A stretch of 64,000 bases of DNA from Candidatus Latescibacterota bacterium (GCA_965207885.1 OZ242311.1:4480001-4544000), one strand, 5' to 3'. Shown: positions 50,656 to 61,377, numbered from the stretch's first letter. Numbers and translations are program-made. The notes: a model not told the origin generated them from the letters alone.

Positions 50656-50761
50656 ATAAAAATTAAATAAAATAGAAACACCTCCGAAACTAACCGAAGG
50701 CAAAAAAAAATAATTCATCCCCAAACGAACAAAATCGTCCTAACGCAATAAGAGGCTCCCC

Positions 50762-51736
50762 ATGAAAATACTCATCACTGGCATCACAGGGCGCATCGGC
50801 GGCAATTTGGCGGCACAACTCGTTGAACAGGGGCATCAAGTTCGCGGGCTTGTATGGCCCAAAGACCCGCGCATAGAAAAATTTGAGGGCATTGACCTCG
50901 AACTCATCGAAGGCAGCCTCACCGAATACGAAGACGTGGAAAAAGTCACCGATGGCGTCGATATCATCTATCACCTGGGCGCGGCATTTCAGGGAGGCGG
51001 TCCATTTAAGGACAACGACTACTTTGAAATCAACCTGCGCGGCACATTCCACATGCTCAAAGCCGCACAACAACGCAACATCAAACAATTCATCTTTGCA
51101 AGCACAGACGCGCTCTATGCCAAATATCCCCCAGAAGGAATGGACGAACCCATCCGGGAAGACGAAATGCCCAGAGAACCGAGCGGTTGGTACGCCCTAT
51201 CCAAATCCGTCGGTGAAGAAATGTGCTACGGGTACTGGCGCGCTCACCAGTTGCCCATCACCGTCTTGCGCTTTTGCCTCGTCGTCGGAGCGGGTGAAAT
51301 CCTCGACTTCCGCCAATTTTACCTGAGCAAACTCAAAGGACTTCCCGAACTCAAAGCACTGTGGCGCGGCGAAGAACGCCTTCTCCTGCTCAAAGACATG
51401 AAAGGCCGCTCCTACAAAAAACACATCGCGGACGTACGCGACATTACGCACGGCTGTATCTGTGCCTTAAACAAAACACAAGCCGCCGGACACGCCATTC
51501 AACTCGGCGGACCGCGTCCATTCACCTGGTCCGAAGCCATCCCGTATTTATCCCAACGCCTGAACATCCCCTATCAGGAAGCCATCTTACACGGCGCGCC
51601 CACACATTACGAATACGACCTGACCAAAGCGCGCGACCTGATCGGCTTTAATCCGCAATACGACATCATCCGCATGATCGAAGACGCCATCGCCTATCGA
51701 GAGGGCAAAACCATCAACGTATTGCCCACGGAATAG
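50762..51736 (+). CDS. NAD-dependent epimerase/dehydratase family protein
   Basis: ITGITGRIG, YHLGA, FAST, YALSK. Confidence 0.88.
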   Translation: MKILITGITGRIGGNLAAQLVEQGHQVRGLVWPKDPRIEKFEGIDLELIEGSLTEYEDVEKVTDGVDIIYHLGAAFQGGGPFKDNDYFEINLRGTFHMLKAAQQRNIKQFIFASTDALYAKYPPEGMDEPIREDEMPREPSGWYALSKSVGEEMCYGYWRAHQLPITVLRFCLVVGAGEILDFRQFYLSKLKGLPELKALWRGEERLLLLKDMKGRSYKKHIADVRDITHGCICALNKTQAAGHAIQLGGPRPFTWSEAIPYLSQRLNIPYQEAILHGAPTHYEYDLTKARDLIGFNPQYDIIRMIEDAIAYREGKTINVLPTE

Positions 51737-51754
51737 GATGGCAGAAGGAAACAC

Positions 51755-53260
51755 ATGCCTCAACCCAACATACTCATGATCATCTCAGACCAGATGACGC
51801 CCTTTCTCACGGGTGCTTATGGCCATCCCGTCGTCCAAACACCTGCGCTAAACGCGCTGGCAGAAAACGGCATACGCTTTGACGCGGCCTATACGCCTTT
51901 CCCTCTCTGTTCACCTGCACGCGCCTGCTTCATGACGGGGAACAACGCCGCAAAAATCGGCGCGTATGACAACGGAGCTGAACTCCGCTCGGACATCCCC
52001 ACATTTGCCCACCACCTCACCCGCGCCGGATATGACACCGTCCTATCTGGCAAAATGCACTTCATAGGCGCAGATCAACTCCACGGCTTCAGCCGCCGTC
52101 TCACCACAGACATCTACCCGGAAGACTTCCGGTGGGTCAAACCCGAATGGATACACATCAAAGAAACCAGAGGAGAAAATTACCAGGCCGTCATGGAACA
52201 GCGGGGCAGGTATAACGCCGCAAATTACGACGGACACAAGCTCCAGATCGACACATGGCACGGTCCTCTTAGCTACGACGAAGAAACGCACTTCCGATCA
52301 CTGGAATACCTCCATGCAGTCGGCGCACAGAAAAATCCCAAACCCTTCCTCCTGTGCGCGTCTTACCACCATCCCCACGAACCCTTCTGGCCGCCTCAGT
52401 CCTATTGGGACATGTACGAAAATGCGGACATCGAAATCCCCGCCTTACCAGACAACCTGGACGACACATACTCCATGATGGACAAATGGCTCAACGCCTA
52501 TCACGGCACGCGCAAACACGACCTGCGCGACCCGGACGCGCTCTACAAACTCCGCCGAGCCTATTACGGACTCGTCACATACATGGACGACAAAGTCGGA
52601 GAACTCCTCGCCTCGCTAAAAGAAAATGGCCTGGACGACAACACCATCGTCATCTTCTTTTCCGATCACGGCGACATGCTCTGCGAAAAAGAAATGGTCC
52701 AAAAACGAACCTTCTACGACTGGTCCAGCCGCGTACCCTTCTTTATCCGCTTTCCAGACCATTACAAAGCCGGCAGCACAATCGACCAGCCCGTCTCGCT
52801 CATTGACCTGTTGCCCACCTTATGCGATATGGCAGGCACAGAAGACCACTACCCTTGCGACGGCACCAGCCTGATGCCCCTCATTGAAGGCGCGGAAACA
52901 GAAGACCGAGAAATTTTTGTTGAAGCTCACGAAGCAGTCGGCGCCCCCTGCGTCATGATTCGCAAAAACAATTACAAATACAACCACATCCACGGACACG
53001 AACCACAGCTTTTTGACCTCGACGCCGACCCGGACGAATGGAATAATCTCAGCGGTCAGCCAGACCATGCAAAAACCGAAACCTATCTTCGCACGCGCAT
53101 CCTCGACAACTACGACCTCGACGCCATAGCCGAAGCCAATTTAGACAGCCTGTATCGCAGACAACTCATCCACGGGGCAATGCAAGCCAATGGCACATCC
53201 TGGGCGTACAATCCGAGCTTTGACCCAACCAAAAGCGCACAGGCACAGTACCTTCCATAA
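51755..53260 (+). CDS. Sulfatase, choline-sulfatase-like
   Basis: CSPAR formylglycine motif, LSGKMHF, RRLTTDIYPEDF, SDHGDML. Confidence 0.85.
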   Translation: MPQPNILMIISDQMTPFLTGAYGHPVVQTPALNALAENGIRFDAAYTPFPLCSPARACFMTGNNAAKIGAYDNGAELRSDIPTFAHHLTRAGYDTVLSGKMHFIGADQLHGFSRRLTTDIYPEDFRWVKPEWIHIKETRGENYQAVMEQRGRYNAANYDGHKLQIDTWHGPLSYDEETHFRSLEYLHAVGAQKNPKPFLLCASYHHPHEPFWPPQSYWDMYENADIEIPALPDNLDDTYSMMDKWLNAYHGTRKHDLRDPDALYKLRRAYYGLVTYMDDKVGELLASLKENGLDDNTIVIFFSDHGDMLCEKEMVQKRTFYDWSSRVPFFIRFPDHYKAGSTIDQPVSLIDLLPTLCDMAGTEDHYPCDGTSLMPLIEGAETEDREIFVEAHEAVGAPCVMIRKNNYKYNHIHGHEPQLFDLDADPDEWNNLSGQPDHAKTETYLRTRILDNYDLDAIAEANLDSLYRRQLIHGAMQANGTSWAYNPSFDPTKSAQAQYLP

Positions 53261-53276
53261 CGAACAGGAGCAACCA

Positions 53277-54194
53277 ATGTCCAGCAACACACCATTCATC
53301 GTCGATAAAAACCTCGGCGTCAACATGACCGTCGAACCAGAAGACCTCACGCAAACCAACGCCGATGGAGAAGCCGTCATCGCGCCGACGCAAGAGGAAA
53401 AATACCTCTTTGATGCGCGCGGCTGGTTGCTTTTCCCGGGCATCCTATCCGATGACGACATACGCGACATGCGAGAATATGCGCTACAGGTCAAACACGA
53501 CCCGCAATCGCTGCCCGAACACGAACAATCCTACCTGGCTGGTCCTCTGCAAAAACTCGCTGACCACCCCAGAGTCGTCGGCTTTATGAACGAATTTGTC
53601 GCACATCCCCATCTCGCCAGCCCCGATGGATATGGCTTTCGCATGGAAGCATCCGGCATTCGATTTCGCTCGACACGCACCGGCGAAGTCGGCGGATTTC
53701 GCCCGCACAACGGCAACGGCCTGTTTCGCTTTGCAATCGACTCGCACCATTATCAGTGCATCCCCGGCAAAGCGTATAGCGGTCTAACCCGCGTAGTATG
53801 GGAACTCGCCCCTGTACAAAAAGGCAAAGGCGGAACACTGGTCGTCAGCGGCAGCCACAAAGCAGTTTATGCCGCGCCAGAATCCATCCACGCCCCAAAC
53901 TCACCCATCTGGGACACCTACGAATGTCCGGCTGGCTCACTGCTCTTCTTCACAGAAGCCATCACCCACAGCGCCACGCCCTGGACAGATGAAACAACCG
54001 ACCGCGTTGCCATCTTCAACCTCTACAACACCATCGGCGCCAAATGGAGCAACTGGCATCCACACCCGGACCTGCTCGCATCCATGCCGCCCAAACGCCA
54101 GAGCCTGTTTCGAGACGTGCGCTGTGCCGCCAATCGCATTGGCGGCAACGGACGCTATCACGGCGGAAATCTCAGTGACGTAAGGGTGAAGTAA
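53277..54194 (+). CDS. PhyH-family Fe(II)/2OG enzyme with HxG in place of HxD
   Basis: EKYLFDARGW, RPHNG, GGTLVVSGSHK, FTEAITH, DR. Confidence 0.78.
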   Translation: MSSNTPFIVDKNLGVNMTVEPEDLTQTNADGEAVIAPTQEEKYLFDARGWLLFPGILSDDDIRDMREYALQVKHDPQSLPEHEQSYLAGPLQKLADHPRVVGFMNEFVAHPHLASPDGYGFRMEASGIRFRSTRTGEVGGFRPHNGNGLFRFAIDSHHYQCIPGKAYSGLTRVVWELAPVQKGKGGTLVVSGSHKAVYAAPESIHAPNSPIWDTYECPAGSLLFFTEAITHSATPWTDETTDRVAIFNLYNTIGAKWSNWHPHPDLLASMPPKRQSLFRDVRCAANRIGGNGRYHGGNLSDVRVK

Positions 54195-54227
54195 AACTCT
54201 CACTTCTTACTTCTTTTGGAGTTTTAT

Positions 54228-55547
54228 ATGCCAAACCTATCTAACCGTCCCAACATTCTCTTCTTTTTTCCCGACCAACTTCGCTTTGATTGGATCGGCA
54301 GCAATCCCGACATTGCCGTACGCACGCCCAATCTGGATCGCCTTGAAAAAAACGGGGCGACATTCTCCAAAACCGTCTGCCCCGCACCTGTATGCGCGCC
54401 CAGTCGCGCTTGTGTTGCAGCCGGTACAGAATACGACAACTGTCCCGTCAAAGGAAACAGCGACGACTATCCCACAGACCGCGCCACTGTTTACAGCATG
54501 CTCCGCGACAGCGGATACCACACACTGGGGTGTGGAAAATTCGACCTCAACAAAGGCACCTGCACATCCAACCTGCCAGCCTGGGGACTGGATGGCAAAC
54601 GCCATTTGAACGAATGGGGATTCTCGGACGGCATCAACAACGAAGGCAAAATAGACGGCGCCAACAGCGGGCGCGAAAAACCGCAAGGACCCTATTTGCA
54701 ATACCTCGAAGAGCGCGGCCTGCGCCAGATACACCTCAACGACTTTGCCAACCGCAAAGGCCAGCGCAGTACCTTTCCCACGCCACTACCCGATGACGCC
54801 TATTGCGACAACTGGATCGGGCAAAATGGCCGGGACCTCATCCAATCAGTTCCCGAGGGCAAACCCTGGTTTATACAGGTCAATTTCAACGGCCCCCACC
54901 TGCCCCTGGACATCACGGAAAGCATGGCAAAACTCTACGAAGGTGTTGACTTCCCGCAGCCGAACCGCAACGACCAGCTCACGCCCGATGAACTCCTTGA
55001 AGCCAGACGAAACTACTCCGCCATGGTCGAAAACATTGACCATCAGGTTGGTCTCTACTTAGACCTGCTCGAAGAACGGGGCGAATTGGACAATACCCTC
55101 ATCGTCTTTTCCTCGGATCACGGTGAAATGCTCGGCGACCACAACTCCTGGGGCAAGGGCAAACCCCTGCACCCCTCGGCCAGCGTGCCCCTCGTCATCT
55201 CAGGTCCCGGTGTACAACAGGGCATAACCCATGACCTGCCCACGACCAACCTGGACCTCACCGCCACCTTCCTCGACTACGCGGGCCTGGACATCCCCGA
55301 CGACATGGACAGCCGATCCCTCCGCAATCTCCTCGAAGGCAATACCAGCACGCATCGGGACATCGTCCTATCCGGCCTTGGCAACTGGCGCATGGCTTAT
55401 GACGGCCGCTACAAATACATCGAAGGATTTGGCGACACACCCATGCTCTTTGATCTGGACACCGACCCCCTCGAAAACAACAACATCATCGACGACCCCG
55501 GCGTCTCAGCGCATATTGAGCGACTGAAAGCAGAGTTGATACAATGA
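54228..55547 (+). CDS. Sulfatase
   Basis: PNILFFFPDQ, CAPSRA, SSDHGEMLG. Confidence 0.9.
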   Translation: MPNLSNRPNILFFFPDQLRFDWIGSNPDIAVRTPNLDRLEKNGATFSKTVCPAPVCAPSRACVAAGTEYDNCPVKGNSDDYPTDRATVYSMLRDSGYHTLGCGKFDLNKGTCTSNLPAWGLDGKRHLNEWGFSDGINNEGKIDGANSGREKPQGPYLQYLEERGLRQIHLNDFANRKGQRSTFPTPLPDDAYCDNWIGQNGRDLIQSVPEGKPWFIQVNFNGPHLPLDITESMAKLYEGVDFPQPNRNDQLTPDELLEARRNYSAMVENIDHQVGLYLDLLEERGELDNTLIVFSSDHGEMLGDHNSWGKGKPLHPSASVPLVISGPGVQQGITHDLPTTNLDLTATFLDYAGLDIPDDMDSRSLRNLLEGNTSTHRDIVLSGLGNWRMAYDGRYKYIEGFGDTPMLFDLDTDPLENNNIIDDPGVSAHIERLKAELIQ

Positions 55548-56884
55548 CCAACCATCGTCCCAACATCCTCTTCTTCTGCTCAGACCAGCACCAGACCGCT
55601 GCATCGGGTTGTTATGGTCACGCAGAAGTACAAACCCCGAATATCGACCGCATCGCCGCATCTGGCATCCGCTTTAACAGAGCCTACTGCCAGTCTCCCG
55701 TCTGTGTGCCCGCGCGCGGCTCAATCATCACCGCGCAATACCCACACACACACGGCGCGCGCATCTTACAAGACGCACTATCCCCCAACACGCGCACCAT
55801 TGCCCATCACTTTGCCGAACACGGCTATCAAACCGGTGCCATAGGCAAAATGCACTTTGTGGATGAAACGCAGAAACACGGATTTGACTACCGCCTGGAA
55901 ATAGGGGACTTCAGAAAAACACTCACAGACGAAGAATGGCGGGAACTCCAGCGAGACCAGGGCGGCGGAGGTGGCACATCGGGACGACCGTCCAAATTAT
56001 CAGCGCGGTATTTTCAAGACACGTATTACGCTGACGAAACCGTGCGGTATCTGCGCGAAAAAAGGGACCCCAACAAACCCTTTATCCTCTGGTCATCCTA
56101 CTTTATGCCGCACACGCCCCTCGTCCCCATGCAGCAATACTTCGACCTCTACAATCCCGAAATCCTCACCCTGCCCGAACGCAGTGACAACGCGCTGGAA
56201 ACCGGCTTTGAAGGCCACCTCATGCGCGCCAAACAGCGGGGGTGGTACGCGCAAACAGACGAAGAACTCGGCCACGCACTCGCCGGATACTACGGCAACA
56301 TCAGCCAGATGGACGCGTGCATCGGCAAAGTACTCGACACACTCTACGACCTCGGCCTCGACCAGAACACCATCATCGTCTATACCTCAGACCACGGCGA
56401 AATGGCCGGTGCCCATCGCATGTGGACCAAACACAACATGTATGAACAATCGGTCTGCGTACCACTCATCATCCGCCTGCCCGGAGACATCAACGCCAAC
56501 ACCTCGCACAATCACCTCGTCGAACACGTGGATATCTACCCCACACTCGCCGAATTGTGCAACCTGCCCATCCCAGAAAACATCCACGGACGCAGTTTTA
56601 CCCCTCTGTTTGACAACCGAACCTACCAGCCGCGCGAATACGTTTACTCCGAATACGATTTTTGTCACAGTGTCTTCACCCGAGACAATCGGTATGTGGG
56701 CAACCCGCCAATCCTCATGGTTCGCACAGATCGCTGGAAACTCAATTATCTGAGTTGGGCACGCTCTGAACTCTTTGACCTCGAAAACGACCCGAATGAA
56801 TTTCGCAACGTCATTGACGACCCCGCAAATGTTAGTATCGCGCGCGAACTCACCGACATTGCGAAACGGATGTATGAAAACTGA
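55544..56884 (+). CDS. Sulfatase
   Basis: PNILFFCSDQ, CVPARG, IGKMH, TSDHGEM. Confidence 0.9.
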   Translation: MTNHRPNILFFCSDQHQTAASGCYGHAEVQTPNIDRIAASGIRFNRAYCQSPVCVPARGSIITAQYPHTHGARILQDALSPNTRTIAHHFAEHGYQTGAIGKMHFVDETQKHGFDYRLEIGDFRKTLTDEEWRELQRDQGGGGGTSGRPSKLSARYFQDTYYADETVRYLREKRDPNKPFILWSSYFMPHTPLVPMQQYFDLYNPEILTLPERSDNALETGFEGHLMRAKQRGWYAQTDEELGHALAGYYGNISQMDACIGKVLDTLYDLGLDQNTIIVYTSDHGEMAGAHRMWTKHNMYEQSVCVPLIIRLPGDINANTSHNHLVEHVDIYPTLAELCNLPIPENIHGRSFTPLFDNRTYQPREYVYSEYDFCHSVFTRDNRYVGNPPILMVRTDRWKLNYLSWARSELFDLENDPNEFRNVIDDPANVSIARELTDIAKRMYEN

Positions 56885-56924
56885 CCGCAACAGAATAACC
56901 AACCAATGATATAAGGAGTATATC

Positions 56925-57848
56925 ATGCCTACTTTTCAAACACCCGACGGCACAAAAGTCAGAATGAGCGGAAAAGAACTCGTATTTGGAGAAACCATCT
57001 CCTCGCCGAGGGAATCCAACGACATCCTCGCAGACACGGAAGCATTGAGACAGCGGATGGAAGAAGACGGGTATCTCATCATCCGCAACTTTCACAACCG
57101 CGAAGACATCATGAAAGCGCGAAAAGAAGTTGTCGATCACATGGAAAGTCAGGGCCTGCTCGCCGAAGGATCGACACTTGAAGATGCCATCATCGGCGAT
57201 AGAAAACGCTCCATGCGCTTTAAAGACAGCCTGGTCAAAACATGGCCCGGCTTTCTCAACATCGTCGATGGCAAAAACACAATGGACTTCTTCGGTCGCT
57301 TTTTGGGTGGTCCCGCCCTCTCGCTCGATCACAAATGGCTGCGTGCCGTCAGAACGGGTGGCAATGCGGGAATGCACTGCGACATCGTATATATGGGCGC
57401 GGGCACCAACAATCTCTATACCATGTGGACAGCTCTGGGCGACATCTCACTCGACATGGGACCACTCGCCCTCTGCCTGGGATCGCACAAACTCGAACAT
57501 CTACGCAATACCTACGGCGCATCGGATGCACACGACGACTTGATCCAGGGCGCGTTCTCCAACGACCCCTACGATGTCATAGAAACCCTCGGCACCACAT
57601 GGGCAGCCACGCCATTTCAAGCCGGTGATGTCGTCATCTTCGGCATGTATTTCATGCACGCCTCTCTCGAAAACACCACCAATCGCTTTCGCATCAGCAG
57701 CGACACGCGCTACCAACTCGCCGCAGAAGCCACGGACCAGCGACACATGGGCAAAGACCCCGACGTAATACCCAAAGCAGACCTGTCCGAACGCAAGTCC
57801 ATCGAAGAATACCGCGTGGAATGGGGATTGGCGAAGGAGACCTCTTGA
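56925..57848 (+). CDS. PhyH-family Fe(II)/2OG dioxygenase
   Basis: KWLRAV, HCDIVY, MHAS.EN...FRISSDTRYQ. Confidence 0.85.
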   Translation: MPTFQTPDGTKVRMSGKELVFGETISSPRESNDILADTEALRQRMEEDGYLIIRNFHNREDIMKARKEVVDHMESQGLLAEGSTLEDAIIGDRKRSMRFKDSLVKTWPGFLNIVDGKNTMDFFGRFLGGPALSLDHKWLRAVRTGGNAGMHCDIVYMGAGTNNLYTMWTALGDISLDMGPLALCLGSHKLEHLRNTYGASDAHDDLIQGAFSNDPYDVIETLGTTWAATPFQAGDVVIFGMYFMHASLENTTNRFRISSDTRYQLAAEATDQRHMGKDPDVIPKADLSERKSIEEYRVEWGLAKETS

Positions 57849-57849
57849 A

Positions 57850-58920
57850 ATGTCAGGCATCACACAGTACAAACCCGACAAAGCTTATGAAGGCTACACT
57901 CTTTTTTCAGAAACCTTCGCGGAACCAAACTGGGAAGTCGGCAAAGAAGCCGTGGTGTACCTCATCGACATGAACGGAGAACCAGCCCACACATGGCACC
58001 TCACGCAACACACCGTCCAGTCCCACTGCCGATTGCTGCCCAACGGCCATCTTCTGGTACCCACCCACGACCGCTCGGGCGTCACGCAGTGCAGCAACGT
58101 CGGCATTTTTGAATACGATCCCGACAGCACACTCGTCTGGCGCGTGCGCTGCCGCACCGACCACGACTATCAGGTGCGCGACAACGGCAATCTGCTCATC
58201 CACACACTCAACGAAACCATGTGTCCGCCCCTGGGACCTGAACTCAAGCGCCACCCATATATGATTGAGATTACGCGAGACAAAGAACTGGTCTGGGAGT
58301 GGAAAGGCGAAGAGCATCTGGAAGACCTCGAAGCCTGTCTATCCTCCGAAGCATGGCAACACGTTCTGGATCGCGCCACCGGACGATTTGCCTTTGACTG
58401 GGCGCACAACAACACGCTCCAGCTCATTCCACCTCATAAAAACGAAGGTGACGCGCGCTTCAAACCCGGCAACATCTTCTTCTCCTACCGCAGCAACGAC
58501 GTCATCGGCGTGATTGACTACGACACTGGCGACATTGTCTGGGCATGGGGACCCGGCATCATCGACGGGCAGCACAAACCCCACATACTCGCCAACGGCA
58601 ATGTACTGATCTTCGACAACGGCACCCTGCGCGGATATTCTCGCGTGATTGAACTCAACCCCCTCACCGAAACCACCGAATGGGAATACGTCGCAGATCC
58701 CAAAGAAGCGTTCTTCAGCGCGGCCATTTCCGGCGCCCAGCGCCTGCCCAATGGCAACACCCTGATATGCGAAGGCGGCAAGACCCGACTTTTTGAAGTC
58801 ACGCCAGATGGGGAAATCGTCTGGGAATTTATCAACCCCTATCGCCACGAAAACGGGCGCCCCGTCATCTATCGCTGCTTGAGATATTCACCTGAATACG
58901 TAGCCCCACTACTGTCCTGA
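57850..58920 (+). CDS. Arylsulfotransferase (ASST)-like beta-propeller protein
   Basis: AYEGYTL, DWAHNN, GQH, IFDNG, SGAQRLPNGNTLI.EG. Confidence 0.8.
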   Translation: MSGITQYKPDKAYEGYTLFSETFAEPNWEVGKEAVVYLIDMNGEPAHTWHLTQHTVQSHCRLLPNGHLLVPTHDRSGVTQCSNVGIFEYDPDSTLVWRVRCRTDHDYQVRDNGNLLIHTLNETMCPPLGPELKRHPYMIEITRDKELVWEWKGEEHLEDLEACLSSEAWQHVLDRATGRFAFDWAHNNTLQLIPPHKNEGDARFKPGNIFFSYRSNDVIGVIDYDTGDIVWAWGPGIIDGQHKPHILANGNVLIFDNGTLRGYSRVIELNPLTETTEWEYVADPKEAFFSAAISGAQRLPNGNTLICEGGKTRLFEVTPDGEIVWEFINPYRHENGRPVIYRCLRYSPEYVAPLLS

Positions 58921-58941
58921 AAGAAAGGAGTTCTTACACCT

Positions 58942-60654
58942 ATGCCTTCTCCCAACGTAGTCTTTGTAATTACCGATGATCAGGGCTATGGCGACCTTGG
59001 ATGCCACGGCAATGACATCATCCAGACGCCCAACCTCGACAAGCTTTATACCGAAAGCGTGCGATTTACCAATTACCACGTCGGTCCCACCTGCGCGCCC
59101 ACCCGGGCGGGCATTATGACGGGACGCTATTGCAACTGCACGGGCGTGTGGCACACCATTGCGGGACGCTCGCTATTGCGCCAAGACGAAACCACCATCG
59201 CAGACTTTTTCAAAGCAGCGGGATATCGCACCGGCATGTTTGGCAAATGGCACCTGGGCGACAACTATCCATTTCACCCGCACAATCGGGGCTTTGACAC
59301 GGTCGTTTACCACGGCGGTGGCGGTGTACACCAGACCCCTGACTACTGGGGCAATACCTATTTCAACGACACGTACTTCCGCAATGGCGTACCCGAAAAA
59401 TTCAGAGGCTACTGCACGGACATCTGGTTTGACGAAGCCAAAAAATTTATCGAAGACTGTGGCGACACGCCCTTCTTCTGCTATATTCCCACCAACGCGC
59501 CGCACGGTCCCTTCAACATAGCCGATCACTACCGCGAACTCTACAACGGCGACGACTTACCCGGCCAGCGCGACCGCTTTTACGGCATGATCACCAACAT
59601 CGACGAAAACGTCGGCCTCATGCGCGACTTCCTCCGCGAAAAGGAATTGGAAGAAAACACCATCTTCATCTTCATGACCGACAATGGCACGGCCAACGGC
59701 TGCAATCTCGACGGCAATGCCTATGTCACAGATGGTTTCAACGATGGCATGCGCGGCAAAAAAGGCTCGGAATACGAAGGCGGACATCGCGTCCCCTTCT
59801 TCTTTCACTGGCCCGCGGGTGGATACACCAGCGGACGGGACATCGACACCCTCATTGCCAACATCGACTTCTTACCCACCCTTTGCGACCTCTGTGATGT
59901 CCCCATCTCCGACGAAGCCCGCGAACGCATTAACGGCACCAGCGTGAAACCCCTTCTCGAAGGTACGGACCACTGGCCCGACCGCACAATCGTCACGGAC
60001 TCGCAGCGCGTGGAAAACCCCATTAAATGGCGCAAATGCGCGACCATGACACAGCGCTGGCGGCTCATCAACGGCGAAGAACTCTACGACATGGACAACG
60101 ACCATGGACAACTCCACAATGTCGCCGAGCAACACCCCGATATCGTCGCCGAACTGCGCCAACAATACGAAGACTGGTGGGCACTTGTCTCCGAACGCTT
60201 TGGCGAAGACGTGCCCATCATCGTCGGATCTGAAAGCGAACCCGTCTCTGTGATCACAACCCACGACTGGCACAACGAAAACAGTGATTCGGCCTGGAAT
60301 CAGGGTGCGATCCGCCGAGGGATGGAATGCAATGGACGCTGGGCAATTGACGTAGCCGAAGCGGGTGATTACACCTTTGAACTGCGCCGATGGCCCCGCG
60401 AAGAAGACCGCGCCATCACTGAAGGCATCCCCGGCAAACTCACGCCCTATTACGGTGGCAACGCAATTCCCGTCAGCACCGCCCGCATCAAAGTCGCGGG
60501 AGAAGAACAAGCACAATCCATCGGCTCAGAAGACAAAGGCATCGCCTTCACCTGCACCCTCCAGGCTGGTGAAACGAGCCTCGAAACCGAACTCACCGAT
60601 GGAAACGGCATTTCGCTGGGAGCGTATTACGTGTATGTGGAAAGGGCGGGATAA
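58942..60654 (+). CDS. Arylsulfatase
   Basis: TDDQGYGD, CAPTRA, FGKWHLG, TDNG, EGGHRVP. Confidence 0.92.
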   Translation: MPSPNVVFVITDDQGYGDLGCHGNDIIQTPNLDKLYTESVRFTNYHVGPTCAPTRAGIMTGRYCNCTGVWHTIAGRSLLRQDETTIADFFKAAGYRTGMFGKWHLGDNYPFHPHNRGFDTVVYHGGGGVHQTPDYWGNTYFNDTYFRNGVPEKFRGYCTDIWFDEAKKFIEDCGDTPFFCYIPTNAPHGPFNIADHYRELYNGDDLPGQRDRFYGMITNIDENVGLMRDFLREKELEENTIFIFMTDNGTANGCNLDGNAYVTDGFNDGMRGKKGSEYEGGHRVPFFFHWPAGGYTSGRDIDTLIANIDFLPTLCDLCDVPISDEARERINGTSVKPLLEGTDHWPDRTIVTDSQRVENPIKWRKCATMTQRWRLINGEELYDMDNDHGQLHNVAEQHPDIVAELRQQYEDWWALVSERFGEDVPIIVGSESEPVSVITTHDWHNENSDSAWNQGAIRRGMECNGRWAIDVAEAGDYTFELRRWPREEDRAITEGIPGKLTPYYGGNAIPVSTARIKVAGEEQAQSIGSEDKGIAFTCTLQAGETSLETELTDGNGISLGAYYVYVERAG

Positions 60655-60744
60655 AGCGAGGGGCTGGGGACTAGTTGAGAGGATGTCTCACCTCTTGTGT
60701 CTTTGTGTGAGGTCCTCTCACCGTTCACTTATGAGAAAAACACA

Positions 60745-61158
60745 ATGGGCAAAGGATTATTACTCATCCTCGCGCTTTTCTTCGCGAGTGTCCCTTCCTG
60801 GAGTGCGGAATCTCAGCCCGATTCTCTCGCATCGGACCACCGCGTGCGCGGTGCGGTCTTGCGGTCCATCGCACTACCGGGATGGGGACAATTTTACAAT
60901 GGCAAGCGCGTAAAAGGCAGCGTGATTGCGACCGCAGAAGTAGCTTCGGCCATCGCATGGGTCGTGCGTCGCAAACAGATCAAAGATCGCGGCACTCAGG
61001 AACGGAACCTGTACCTCTTCTCAACTATCGGGATTGTGCTCTACAGCGTGGGAGATGCTTATGTGGATGCCCATCTCAGTCGAGTAGATTGGGCTGAAGT
61101 GGAGGCGGGTATCGATGAAAACGGCGCGGCAAAATTTCGCCTAAAATTTAAGTTTTGA
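60745..61158 (+). CDS. DUF5683-like membrane protein
   Basis: Signal peptide; LRSIALPGWGQFYN..KG; DAYVDAHL. Confidence 0.7.
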   Translation: MGKGLLLILALFFASVPSWSAESQPDSLASDHRVRGAVLRSIALPGWGQFYNGKRVKGSVIATAEVASAIAWVVRRKQIKDRGTQERNLYLFSTIGIVLYSVGDAYVDAHLSRVDWAEVEAGIDENGAAKFRLKFKF

Positions 61159-61182
61159 TATCGCTTTAACGCGGAGAGCACA

Positions 61183-61377
61183 TCAATCAACAGCATATTC
61201 AACGGCTTTGGGGTTCTTCACGCGCAAAGATGCATCCAAAACTTCGAGTCCAACGATATTTCCATCCTTATCATAATCCAGGATTAGACCCGGTTTTTCT
61301 TCATCACTTTCCTCAATCGGCGTATCCATAAAAATGATACGCAACACGTCGACTTCAGAATCGTAGTTCACTTTCAT
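61183..61377 (-). CDS. DUF2283-family putative antitoxin
   Basis: MKVNYDSEVDVLRI..ILDYDKDGNIVGLEVLDAS. Confidence 0.85.
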   Translation of the reverse strand: MKVNYDSEVDVLRIIFMDTPIEESDEEKPGLILDYDKDGNIVGLEVLDASLRVKNPKAVEYAVD

